NCBI GenBank assembly: GCA_048128005.1
Contig: JBEUKZ010000016.1
Location: 248,001 to 312,000, forward strand
Direction: 5' to 3'
From: Veleropilina oligotropha
Taxonomy: Eukaryota
Length of the DNA stretch: 64,000 nucleotides
The notes beneath the pieces are model-generated. The model ran no database searches. It had not been told where the DNA came from and worked only from the letters and a program-made list of their open reading frames with translations. The position numbers and the translations under genes were made by a program. Below, one piece after another: positions 24,501 to 34,149 of the stretch. Position 1 is the stretch's first letter. Each line of letters begins with the position of its first letter.

Positions 24501-27500
24501 GGCTTGATTCCGCTAATGCGAACAGTGGTGGGTTCAATACCTGGCTGAGGCATTGACATTTGTTCAAGTTATGAATCACAGTTGTCTGCGACTGGCCGAA
24601 GAGGGCGGGTTTACCCGGGCGACCGGGGTTTCCTCCCGCGATAACACGGATGTGTCCTGCCTTGAACCTCGATGTTGTAAATATACAGGACATTAAGCAT
24701 CATTCCTCCCTTAATGGATACAGGATGCTGGGCTGGCGGAACTGCTACGACCACTATGACCTTAGTTGTACCAATAATTTCCAGCCTCAGAATGCAGGAG
24801 AAGCTGTTTCACAGTATTAAGTGCTAAAATTTTCCTTTGACTTACTATTGGTCGAACCAATATTTTTGGCTTCCGCTGGGCCTTGGATGGGGATGCTATA
24901 CTAAGAGTCGCTTCCGTGTTGTGACTGACAAATAGTAAAGTTACCATAACACATGAAACCATTTAGTTTGAGAATTTGTATAGACAGAACATTGAAGGCT
25001 TGAAAAATGAATATTGTCTGAACTCGAGTGAACAGATGTCATCGATTTGTCTTGTGGTTTGTATCCTAATATGTTAATATTCAAAATACATGAAACAGAA
25101 TCTACACATTCAATTTACATTGCTATGAAAGAAGTTTATTGACAGAATCTCATAGAATCCAAGTATAAGGATTTTCTGTATTCTGAATAACGACTATATT
25201 GTTTTATAGATGGCTTCTCAGTGTCCCAAATCCCTCACACTAAACATCGCCGGAGACATTCTGGAGACTTGCTAGACTTGTCAGCATCACTACCCAATAC
25301 GAACGACGTGCCTCACTATGCAACGAAACTCAGGACGCCTGCAGCATTTAAACAAACAGGTGTGTACAAACTGAAATTCTTGTAATATTATACAAGATAT
25401 TCTGCCTATATTTGCCATGCTTTAATTTGTGATATCCTAATTCATAACTTTTCAGTTAAATTACTTCCAGTGTTGCGGTTGAATGCGCCTGGCAGTTTAT
25501 GCTACGACTTCTTACATAAAAGAAAGCAAATACCCTCTATGCCATTCTGATTTGATAGATATCTTTCACTAGAGGTCCCAACTACGATATGGCTGAAAAA
25601 TTGTGTAAATACAATGAAATTTCTCTTGGACCTCAGTCTAATATTGACTATGCTGACTGATTAATGTGTTATTGTTGCTGCTCTATACTTGTCGACGACT
25701 ACGATACAGCGGAAAAATTGTTAAAAGTGGTCTTAAAACAATGTTGCCAACCAACCACACCAGTAGCCGAGTGAATAAGAGTGTGGACTGCTCTGTTTAA
25801 TAGTTAGGGGTGGGTTCGAATCCTCGACGAAGCACTCGTTGTTCAAATGATTATAATCAAATGGTGGAGGTGGGATTTCCTGGTGATTTCTATACAGTCA
25901 GTTTAGTGTGAATTACCTAAACAGTGTGTATTCATTTATAATAAATCATTTGGTAATTAAAGGTAATATTGCTTCTTCAGGATATGCATGGTCCCAAGTT
26001 AGCGGTAATAGCTCTGTTCAACCAGATTCGTATGACGTATTCAAGCGACTGGAGGAAAAAATCTCCAATCTCAGTAAAATGGGAGGATTTCTACAGCAGG
26101 GAAACAAAGGTAAATTACTTAATAATATATAATTACCTACTGACCTATTTTGTTGCTGTTAATTAATTTTATGATATACCAATGCATCACCTTCTTTGAG
26201 AGTTACTGTGTATACAGTAGGTCAGTTTATGCATGAACACAACTTCCCACAGCAGTGGTTACGTAATTAGCCTCGCATACATGGGCTCATCTAGAGTTCT
26301 ACCCCTGGATTACATTATGCAATTAAGCCCCACATGTAGGGGGCGCTAATAGTCAGTGACATCGACAACCGAATCATTCGCCATTTGCATTTCGGAGTGA
26401 CCATACATATATTATAATAACTACGCGTGAAATATTTATCCATCACTTCGCTTGAAGCACTCAACATTTTTATTTTACTCACGCGGACTTCGCTTGTTAT
26501 CCAACACTGTTATCCAACACCATGAGCTCTGTTAGCAGAACTAGAGCTAAACGGCGATCTCAACCTGAACTTACTTCGCCAGATTCGGCTTCAACTTCAG
26601 CCACGACTGAAACTTCGGTCGCTTCAGCAGACGCGCCACTACCGCCAAGGCGAAAAAGACGAACACCTGTTCCCGTGGACTCGACTCTCGATCTCTCCAT
26701 CCCACAGAATCTGTCGGCTCCCCAGCTCCGCGACCGCTTAGCTGCGCTCGGCGTCGCGGTACCCATATCTTTCGTGCGGAAAGATTTACTGAAATTGTTG
26801 GAATTGAATTCCAGCAATAGCTCTACCCCTGCTTCTCCTATAATCAACCCGGCTTCAAACATTCCACGTACTATTGAAAAGCAATAATTATATAGGTTAA
26901 TTTATTAATGAGTTAATTAATCGACCAGTGACCGGTAGCTCCCGCTGCCCACTCGGTGCTGTGCAATAGCATGTATCTCCTCATTGAGCAAGTGACCGGT
27001 AGCTCCCGCTGCCCACTTAGCTTTTGCATCACAACTATTTACACGTAGCTTCCGCCGACAACTCGGTATCGTGCAATACAATCACACCCAGTGACCGGTA
27101 GCTCCCGCTGCCCACTCGGCGCTGTGTAATTAAGTTATCTTTTATGTACCGGTACTCATTTTTTAAGCAAGTGACTGGTGGCTCCCGCTGCCCACTTGGC
27201 CATTTTTCAATTAAACCAGTGAGCGGTAGCTCCCGCTGCCCACCAATTAATTAGTGACACTCGGTCACCTCTATTTTTACTCAGCTTTAATTATTTTCCG
27301 TTTACATGCCGTGCTGTCCCCAAAATGCCAAACCTTTTATATGTTTATTATTAATATTATTAAAGTACATACTACTTATTTATGCGTTGTGTCTTTGGCA
27401 TAAATTGAGAGTTACTGTGTATACAGTAGGTCAGTTTATGCATGAACACAACTTCCCACAGCAGTGGTTACGTAATTAGCCTCGCATACATGGGCTCATC

Positions 27501-29172
27501 TAGAGTTCTACCCCTGGATTACATTATGCAATTAAGCCCCACATGTAGGGGGCGCTAATAGTCCGTGACATCGACAACCGAATCATTCGCCATTTGCATT
27601 TCGGAGTGACCATACATATATTATAATAACTACGCGTGAAATACCCGCCACCATCCCCTTTCACCACCTTAATTGTCACTTTGTTCAACCGGGCTAGATA
27701 TACATGATCCATGTTGAAATTATATTGTACAGCTTTATATTATATCTGGAAGTCTACCCGACAGTTTTAACGTCTTGCCTTTACTTACTGGCTCCTGTCG
27801 GCGATTCACTACATTTCATACGCCATGTCTCCAATCCTGTTATGCCTAACAGTAGGTTTCTCAAACTTATCTATCAACAATTATACGTTCTACTTTTATC
27901 TGCCTTACTATGTTTTTTTGTTTTTGTTTTTTTTTTCATCGGCAGTATTACCCACTGTATGATATCCTTTCTGATATTCTTAGCTCTTGTTCATACATTT
28001 GCCTATACAAGTGTTTATCATACTGTTATGGCTTCATTTTCGCCTATTCCACGTTTATTGTTGGGACAGCACGGAGTATGTTATATGTTTTGGGCATTGT
28101 TATCATCCCCAATTAGAAAAGCTATTTTATACTTTACTAAATCACTTATTGAAAAGCAATAATTATATAGGTTAATTTATTAATGAGTTAATTAATCGAC
28201 CAGTGACCGGTAGCTCCCGCTGCCCACTCGGTGCTGTGCAATAGCATGTATCTCCTCATTGAGCAAGTGACCGGTAGCTCCCGCTGCCCACTTAGCTTTT
28301 GCATCACAACTATTTACACGTAGCTTCCGCCGACAACTCGGTATCGTGCAATACAATCACACCCAGTGACTGGTAGCTCCCGCTGCCCACTCGGCGCTGT
28401 GTAATTAAGTTATCTTTTATGTACTCATTTTTTAAGCAAGTGACTGGTGGCTCCCGCTGCCCACTTGGCCATTTTTCAATTAAACCAGTGAGCGGTAGCT
28501 CCCGCTGCCCACCAATTAATTAGTGACACTCGGTCACCTCTATTTTTACTCAGCTTTAATTATTTTCCGTTTACATGCCGTGCTGTCCCCAAAATGCCAA
28601 ACCTTTTATATGTTTATTATTAATATTATTAAAGTACATACTACTTATTTATGCGTTGTGTCTTTGGCATAAACGCAAACATATAAAAGATCCAGCTTAT
28701 CCACTCATTCAAGAGATTCAGAAAAGTCAACACAGCTATGATTAATTGCATTTGCTTGTCAATCAATAAAACTCGAGTGTAATCACATGACACTTCGACA
28801 AGTTCTTGATTCGGACGTTATGCCATTGAGTAGGGCTTGCGTCTTTGTGAGCACTGGCGGTAAAAGAGTTGTGCCAAATTTATATAGCTGTTTTCTCTAG
28901 TGACCGAGCTTAGATTCCTTTCGCGAAAATATGTATATGTGGTGGTATGACCGAAGGATGCTCAAGTGGGATATTTAATATGCATCGATTTAAACAATTT
29001 TAAGTGGCTTGGCCTGGTTTAATTTATATAAGTACTAGTATAAGTAAAAACATATTTAGTGGTGTGCTAAAAAATTTGTTTTTCAGACATGGCTAACTTA
29101 ATCCAAGTCCAAGGGAGAAAGATCAACAACATTAAACAAAAGGAACGAAATACTCGTAAAGGAAACCATTGA
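559..29172 (+). CDS. CCDC158: Coiled-coil domain-containing protein 158 (spliced; 5' end lies upstream of the window)
   Basis: 19 GT-AG-bounded exons join in a consistent phase: 559-668, 1987-2077, 2850-3086, 4052-4128, 11209-11319, 11728-11842, 15132-15251, 17275-17472, 18180-18978, 19362-19427, 19757-19869, 20435-20593, 21251-21343, 23021-23149, 23452-23636, 24144-24238, 25210-25359, 25981-26109 (an in-frame alternative acceptor would start at 25963), 29087-29172 (TGA). The translation is coiled-coil and colinear with vertebrate CCDC158 as recalled, e.g. AVKVADKMQKEVTAKRGEVDRLRSKV vs AMKVAMGMQKQITAKRGQIDALQSKI, ELARLKLKHQLDIKE vs ESVRLKLQHTLDIKE, and C-terminal DMANLIQVQGRKI vs AMSSMIRNQEKRI. 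Confidence 0.9.
877..985 (-). pseudogene. 5S rRNA-derived degenerate copy
   Basis: Reverse complement contains gaacgcaccggttctcatgagattaccgaagttaagcaacg...ggtgacc...gggtgttgaaga, alignable to metazoan 5S (caccggttctcgtccgatcaccgaagttaagcaacg...gggtgacc...gggtgctgtag) with an internal deletion. Confidence 0.7.
1017..1656 (+). mobile_element. Possible piggyBac-like 5' remnant
   Basis: Starts after TTAA (1013-1016) with CCT. Contains decayed acidic (DEYDDSEHSDID) and Arg/Gly-rich coding-like stretches resembling piggyBac transposase N-termini. No clean right TIR; ends at a CR1 fragment. Confidence 0.3.
1657..1910 (-). mobile_element. CR1-clade LINE 3' fragment (ORF2 C-terminus, 3' UTR, tandem tail)
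   Basis: Minus strand translates RLDVRKHFFSNRVVDEWNNLPSNVVQSTSVNQFKNRIDDYF, a classic CR1 ORF2 C-terminus, with stop at 1745-1747. Tail reads aaattctatttaaatccatttaaat. Confidence 0.85.
2350..2514 (+). mobile_element. Short Helentron-type non-autonomous element (HINE)
   Basis: 5' T-run plus tgtctcgccc, 5' hairpin, cgtc-type microsatellite, 3' subterminal inverted copy gggcgagaca, short palindrome, ends in TT. Confidence 0.65.
3194..3934 (+). mobile_element. Helentron-type element with internal ~160-bp tandem repeats
   Basis: tttttatgccccc...gggggca 5' hairpin, gtcc/gtct microsatellite, about 3.5 tandem units (gtaactccattctgctataacttcc...), 3' gggggca plus palindrome gtgtcc-gat-ggacac and ctagtt. 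Confidence 0.8.
5070..6580 (+). mobile_element. Nested Helentron-type element with a 155-156-bp tandem array
   Basis: 5' tttttatgcccc; marker gc(c/t)ttcatgga recurs at 5173, 5329, 5485, 5641, 5796, 5951 and 6107; 3' gggggca plus palindrome and ctagt. Inserted in the T-run of the host unit gcttttcatat. Confidence 0.8.
6918..7948. mobile_element. Non-autonomous hAT-type DNA transposon
   Basis: Imperfect 15-bp TIRs catagtattagccag / ctggctaacactctg; 8-bp TSD gtcactgg at 6910-6917 and 7949-7956. Confidence 0.85.
9807..10186 (-). mobile_element. Non-autonomous Helitron
   Basis: On the minus strand it begins TC and ends with hairpin acccg-gcgaaga-cgggt followed by CTAG, inserted between A and T with no TSD. 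Contains two near-identical ~115-140-bp units and an (acag)n/(ac)n microsatellite. Confidence 0.8.
10297..10559 (+). mobile_element. tRNA-derived SINE (V-SINE-like core)
   Basis: B-box-like gggttcaaaccc; body homologous to the copy at 24453-24709; flanked by TSD gaatatggg (10288-10296 and 10560-10568). Confidence 0.8.
12078..13581. mobile_element. Hairpin-terminated element with asymmetric inverted repeat (possibly Crypton-related)
   Basis: Perfect 60-bp-arm palindrome (12078-12137 / 12151-12210), followed by tttatcctg whose inverse caggataaa lies at 13573-13581. Confidence 0.6.
12252..13191. mobile_element. Nested hairpin-terminated element
   Basis: Perfect 42-bp-arm palindrome 12252-12353, then ttaatccattttgac (12358-12372) with a perfect inverse at 13177-13191. 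Confidence 0.65.
13587..14614. mobile_element. Hairpin-terminated element, opposite orientation
   Basis: ttattatccatc (13587-13598) / gatggataataa (14437-14448) inverted pair, followed by an imperfect palindrome 14456-14614. Confidence 0.6.
15729..16953. repeat. Minisatellite, 63-65-bp unit, about 19 copies, embedded in a SINE
   Basis: Unit ttagttaacattcacagttggccataactgactctgatcgttgagggctgatattccccactct(t/g) repeated head-to-tail with few variants. Confidence 0.95.
19925..20276. mobile_element. Degenerate palindromic MITE (possibly Kolobok-type)
   Basis: Long imperfect inverted arms (aacgccatttaatc / gattaaatggcgtt; acactttctgtatgt / acatacagaaagtgt); right end gcatct followed by TTAA. Confidence 0.55.
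21416..22684 (+). mobile_element. Helentron-type element with degenerate ~170-bp tandem units
   Basis: 5' tatcccc...ggggata hairpin plus gtcc microsatellite, recurrent ggttaaagttttt units, 3' gggata plus palindrome gctat-atcg-atagc and ttgtt. Related units also occur at ~20730-21110. Confidence 0.7.
23244..23345 (+). pseudogene. Highly degenerate 5S rRNA-derived copy
   Basis: gcctacg...catgttgaacacactggttttc...ggtgac...gaatactg is colinear with 5S rRNA. Confidence 0.45.
24319..24432 (+). pseudogene. 5S rRNA-derived degenerate copy
   Basis: tctac...gttgaatgcacggttcacatgagatctccatagttaaagcaacg...gggtgacc...gatgctgaagac aligns over roughly the full 5S length. Confidence 0.7.
24453..24709 (+). 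mobile_element. Full-length tRNA-derived SINE (V-SINE-like core)
   Basis: B-box-like gggttcaatacc; core gggtttacccgggcgaccggggtttcctccc resembles the V-domain as recalled; 12-bp TSD cttaatggatac at 24441-24452 and 24710-24721. Related copies lie at ~15644, ~17530, ~25760, ~31570-31790 (-), ~62270 (-) and ~62900-63040 (-). Confidence 0.85.
26196..28673 (+). mobile_element. Non-autonomous tyrosine-recombinase retrotransposon (Ngaro/PAT-type DIRS order) with split direct repeats
   Basis: Order A1 (26196-26434), unique region with ORF, B1 (26872-27404), A2 (27405-27643), unique, B2 (28147-28673). B1 and A2 abut directly, there is no TSD, and the repeat copies are almost identical. Confidence 0.8.
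26522..26887 (+). pseudogene. Truncated gag-like ORF1 of the split-repeat element (121 aa) with a HeH/LEM-like helical motif
   Basis: GC-rich ATG-initiated ORF with a basic NLS-like PRRKRR, then PQNLSAPQLRDRLAALGVAVPISFVRKDLLKLLELN, which fits a helix-extended loop-helix pattern. Runs into repeat B1 and stops. Confidence 0.55.
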
Positions 29173-29356
29173 TCTGACGACTGAATCTCTAGATCTTATT
29201 GCCTGCATCACATCAGTAATGTAATAATAATTATATGTAATACTCATCATAAATAATATTGGAACTACATCGACATATAAAAGTACATGCACCTGTTGAC
29301 CTTTATATGACACTACATTGTGCTATTTTTAGCTAAATGATATAGGAGACGTCTAT

Positions 29357-29362
29357 AATAAA
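29357..29362 (+). terminator. Candidate polyadenylation signal of CCDC158
   Basis: AATAAA about 185 nt downstream of the stop codon. Confidence 0.4.
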
Positions 29363-30161
29363 GCTGATACCTAATATAATGATACCACTCTTAAAATGAA
29401 TTGACATTTTAAAGTTTTACCTGGTATAGAAAATAGTTATTAAATTGAAGGATAATGGCAGTTGTGAAACAAATCCCGAAATTAATTATTGTCAGAATTC
29501 AATGCTGTTATCTGGTACAGATTTTCATCATTACTTAGCTTAATTAGTTGAGTCGTATTGAGGCTGTCCGTGTGTCTGTCTGTGTGTGTGGTGGTGGTGT
29601 ATGTCCACGATGACTTTACATGGCATAACATGGTCAATTCAAAAATATAGCCACGAAACTTCATATATATGATATATGAGTGGATATCTAACTACTGATT
29701 GATTTATGAGGTCAAAGGTCAAGGTCACCAAAGTCAAATAAGTGTAAAATACATAAACAGACATGTGTCTGGACTCGGTCAACCTAGAAAGATAAAATTA
29801 AGTTTATTGAGAGTGGGCACTGTGGCTCAACTATGCTTCCTCTCGGATGCGCTTTTTGTTATTGTGTATTAACTGCATATAAGACATACTCATTGTATTC
29901 ATGTGGGGTGGTGTAAGTATTTTCCAGTCTTGATCAATCTTATTTCTCAGGGTAAATATAGATATTTTACACAACGGCTCTCTTGTTTTGAAGAGGTTGG
30001 TATTCAGCGTGAACACCTTGTTTTCAATGACGATTCAAAAGTAGGGTGGTATAGCCATACCGCCCTACTTTTCATTCTATACCGACCTGCGTCCATGCAA
30101 GATGGCTAAAGCTGATCACAAGAGAAATTGACAACAAAGGAGCTAATTGGCCGTTGTGTAA

Positions 30162-30318
30162 GTATAGGTTACTAACCGAGTTGGAGGTATTCATCGATTT
30201 GAAAGACCTGCGCCCGTGCGGATCGTGACACAGAGACCGCGAAGCGGTCGAGGTGTTACCGCACGGAACCAGGCCTTTCAAATCGATGAATACCTCCAAC
30301 TCGGTTAGTAACCTATAC
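30162..30318. repeat. Long palindrome (hairpin end of the hairpin-element class)
   Basis: gtataggttactaaccgagttggaggtattcatcgatttgaaag is perfectly inverted at the right end; centre accgcgaagcggt. Confidence 0.8.
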
Positions 30319-30889
30319 ATATTGTACATACATGATTGAGCACTATTTAAATACATGTACTGTATTGTATAATAAACTGTAATGCAATATATTTCGTAAA
30401 TAGTGAACATATATTGATATCCAATAGGTAACATTTGCATTCTCTGCACCAGGGGCTGTATCTAGGTTGTATAAATGAAAGTGGATACACTGCTTTGACA
30501 ATGGTCCCCCTTCTGAGGTGCTACCTCTCTCTAGCTATATAGCATGCCAAATATCAAGTTATTTTGTGTAAATACATTTCGTGTACTTCACATACTGCTG
30601 CAAGCAATGATTGTGATATTTTAGTATGCAGGTATTATTGCGATATTATGCATATATTTTATATTTATCATTTATGATTTTGTTTGTAATTATTCATTAA
30701 CCAAAGGTAGCTATCCAACAAGATTTGTGTAAATATCCCTATATATTTGTAAATAATAATAAAAAAATGTCATTATTATGTTAATGAGTTTGTGGTCATT
30801 AATATTAACTGCTCTGACAACTTTAACAATTTATTTATTAACATTACAATCAGAGTCCACCCGTAGCATAATAGCGAGTTGCTAAATTA

Positions 30890-31460
30890 AGGCGTATTTA
30901 TCGACATCTCAAATCGATTTGAATTTAGATTTACTATGACGCAAAATCGCTTTTGGCGATTTCATCATATGTAGATAAATGCGCTAAATTAAATTTGCAG
31001 CAATGACAAAATGGCTACTAAGGACAGCCGAAAAGGGATTTTAAGTATGATATTCCTCGAGCTATCTAGTCATGGAATTCATAATAAAAATAGGGAGACT
31101 AAATGTTTTTACAGTCAGACCTGGGGAAATACTGTAGAACTCACAATAGGCCGAGAATAGAAGATTATGTAGAAAATACAGGTTTACGATATGTATATGA
31201 CAAGTTCCATTGCGATGTTGTATGAACCCAACAGCATATGAAAGGTTGCTGAACATTCTAGGACCACATATTGCTTCACAGTATTCACGGTCGGATAAAA
31301 CGACCAAATCGCCCCTGGAGGCGATTTGACATATTCGACTTGAATTTGGATGTAGATAAATGCGCAGATTATTAAAGAATTTAGATTTGCTGTTAAATAA
31401 ATGCGCCGATTAACGATTTGACTAATCGATTTAGTAAATCGATGGTCGATAAATACGCCT
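30890..31460. mobile_element. PIF/Harbinger (Tourist-like) MITE
   Basis: TIRs aggcgtatttatcgac / gtcgataaatacgcct, TTA on both flanks, internal subterminal repeats. Confidence 0.8.
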
Positions 31461-32236
31461 TTAATTAATCGGATTTGAATGGGTGTCTAATTGAAAGTGA
31501 CAAGAGATGTCATTTATGTAGGTCGTGCCTAATGGCTGTGATGGTCTCAGAGGGTTAATAACTTTCATGTTCATTGCAGGACATATAATTGCGAGAGGAA
31601 AGTCGGGTGGCCCAGAAAAACCCACCCTATCTGGCTAGTTATGGACAACCGTGACTGCTCATTGAACAATGAGTGTCGCTCCAAGGATTCAAACCCACTC
31701 CTATTAAACAGAGCAATCAAGCAAGTAAACTCTGAGTCCGCACTCTTATCCACTTGTCTACTGAATCGTGATTGTATATCGACTGGAACAGGCCAATAAC
31801 CTGGAATAGGGAGTGTGAGCACATACCCAGCACCCGGATCAAGGCTGTGGACCTTCACTGGTGAAATGGGTCTCTTGACAAAGATAATGAATTATTTGCT
31901 CCGTGGGTATTCACCACTGAATCCAGTAGCTGCTAGTAAATATTTGAAAAATGTCATAACTAATTAATTAACAAAATTTATTTTTGGAACTTCGTTATAA
32001 TCATTTTAAGCAGATCTATGGTTAATTTTGATCAGTTTTAATTTTACAAACTTCGACATTTTAACAATTTTTCAGTTGCTTCTGGGGCTCAAGCTTAACC
32101 TCTCTATCAGATAGACGGATACTGTGCGTAATGGAACAGAGGCAATCGGATGTATACTTGTGAAAAATTGTCGCCAACGATGGCTTTCAAATACGTATTA
32201 TACAGCAGTCACTGAGTGGTAGCTGAACAAAATAAA

Positions 32237-33823
32237 ACAAGACACAGTCATCGATATCCCCTGCAATGATTACTGCTAACTGTGAAGACAATTAGGTGAA
32301 GTGCAACGTCAAAATTAGCAAAAGGCATCAGTACACCAACTACTTAACATACGCAGCAAGTTTCGTAAAGTTATGTCGAGCAGTGTATGAGATACGCTGC
32401 GGAAAAGAGAATAATGAAGAATTTAAGACAAGGGCAGTAATTCTGTTAATAATAGTTGCACAACGTCAAAATTAGCAAAAGGTGCCAGTTCAGCTGGTAC
32501 TTGATCCATTCACCAAGTTTCGTGTAATTTGCACGGACGGATATACTTTGGAAAAGATTAGGCTGTGTTAAATTGATCCCTTGTTTCTTGTCCCATGATG
32601 CTGGTAAACCAAAGCGGTAAAGCAGTCAACACAACACAACAGCCATTTTCCACACAACATTATTTCTAGATTATTTTGACAACGAGCCTAAAGTGCCTCT
32701 GGCCCTAGGCCTTTATAACCCAATGCAACTTAAAATTCATGTAATAGCTGGTTAATAATGGTATTCTGAGAAGAAAACATAACAATATACAGTGTATTTT
32801 TAAAAGTCTTTCAATATTCACAGACCAGTGAACTGTTGAAATTATCATAGTTTAGTAGGAGATTTTGTATCGAATGAATTAGTGTTACATGTGTGTGTAT
32901 GTATTAGATAATACACTTAATTAAGTCTGTAAGATGCAATTGAAATTTTAATGAAATTATATGAGGCAATATAAGATTGATAAGGCAGTGAACTTGACCA
33001 TGACCCAATTATTTGAAAACAAAATGATGATAGTAAATAAACATTCAACAAAGAACAGTCATGTGAACAAGAACAGACCAAAAACATAAAGATTGGAACA
33101 CTTAAATGTCAGGATAAGGTGTAATAGAGAACCTTCAGGGGAGCTTCACATGAATAATGTCTGCAAGAATGAAATATATTTTTCAAAAAAAATCCAAAAA
33201 AATTCTTGTGTTGAAATGCAGTGCGGGCGAAATCGGCACGTGTGAACCAAAGCGCGCGCGGGACAAGAAACAATTTATCAATTTAACACAGCCTTACATA
33301 AACGAATTTTCAACAAGAGCAATAACTCTGAATAATCGAAGTGCAACGTTGAAATTATCAAAAGGTACCAGTTCAGCTGGTACTTAATCCATTCACCAAG
33401 TTTCGTGTAATTTGCACGGACGGATATACTTTGGAAAAGATTACATAAACGAATTTTCAACAAGAGCAATAACTCTGAATAATCGAAGTGCAACGTCGAA
33501 ATTAGCAAAAGGCACCAGTTCACCATCTATTTAAAATACCCAGCAAGTTTTGTACAGTTATGTCGAACGGTGAATGAGATATGCTCAGGAAAACATAATA
33601 ACAATGAATTTAAGATAAGGGCAGTAACTCTGTTAATAATCGTTGCACAATGTCGAAATTAGCAAAAGTCACCAGTTCACGTGCTACTTGATCCATTAAC
33701 CAAGTTTCGTGAAGTTACGTCAAGCGGATTACGAGATATGCTCTGAAAAAGATACTTTGCACGGACGGACGGAAGGAACTCGTTTCTAGATCCTCCGACA
33801 ACTTCGTTGTTGCGGGGGATAAT
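32237..33823 (-). mobile_element. Helentron-type element with tandem units
   Basis: tatcccc / ggggata subterminal pair, (ggac)n microsatellite near 33760, repeated gtcgaaattagcaaaaggcaccagttca-type units. A minimal ~75-bp relative lies at ~56490-56567. Confidence 0.75.
32561..33293. mobile_element. PIF/Harbinger-type non-autonomous element
   Basis: TIRs ggctgtgttaaattgat...ttgtttcttgtccc and their inverse; TSD tta. The empty site ggaaaagattacataaacg is visible in the next host repeat unit (~33433). Confidence 0.85.
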
Positions 33824-34149
33824 TAGTTGCTTGTTTGGCAACTTTCTTTTACGACCACTTTTAAGTTTTATAAATTTTTCAGCCATATCGCAGTTGAGAC
33901 ACCCAGTTGAAGGTTTCACTCCGATCTGACCGACTTATAGGGCATATGTCGCTGTTGGGCTCTAACCCGGGACCAACTAACAGCTTCGGTTGAGTGTCTG
34001 TCACGCTAACCAATCACCTGTCAAGGTCGCAGATATTTAGCATACATTAATGTGTTATAGCTCATAATAAAATCATAAACAAAATATAATAAAGGAAAAA
34101 TAAAATGATACTTATTATATAAGTTATATTACTTTAATTAGCAGTATAT

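Noticed and set aside
26925..27243. CRISPR call for the repeat-spacer array in repeat B
   Set aside because: Spacers are irregular in length and partly related to each other, the array is duplicated as part of a retroelement terminal repeat, and no cas gene is present. Kept only as a structured-repeat finding.
27704..28162. 152-aa hydrophobic ORF between A2 and B2
   Set aside because: T-rich low-complexity composition explains the lack of stops; no recognisable domain.
26196..28673. LTR retrotransposon or simple tandem duplication
   Set aside because: No TG..CA termini or TSD, and the sequences between A and B differ in the two halves, which fits split direct repeats rather than a tandem duplication.
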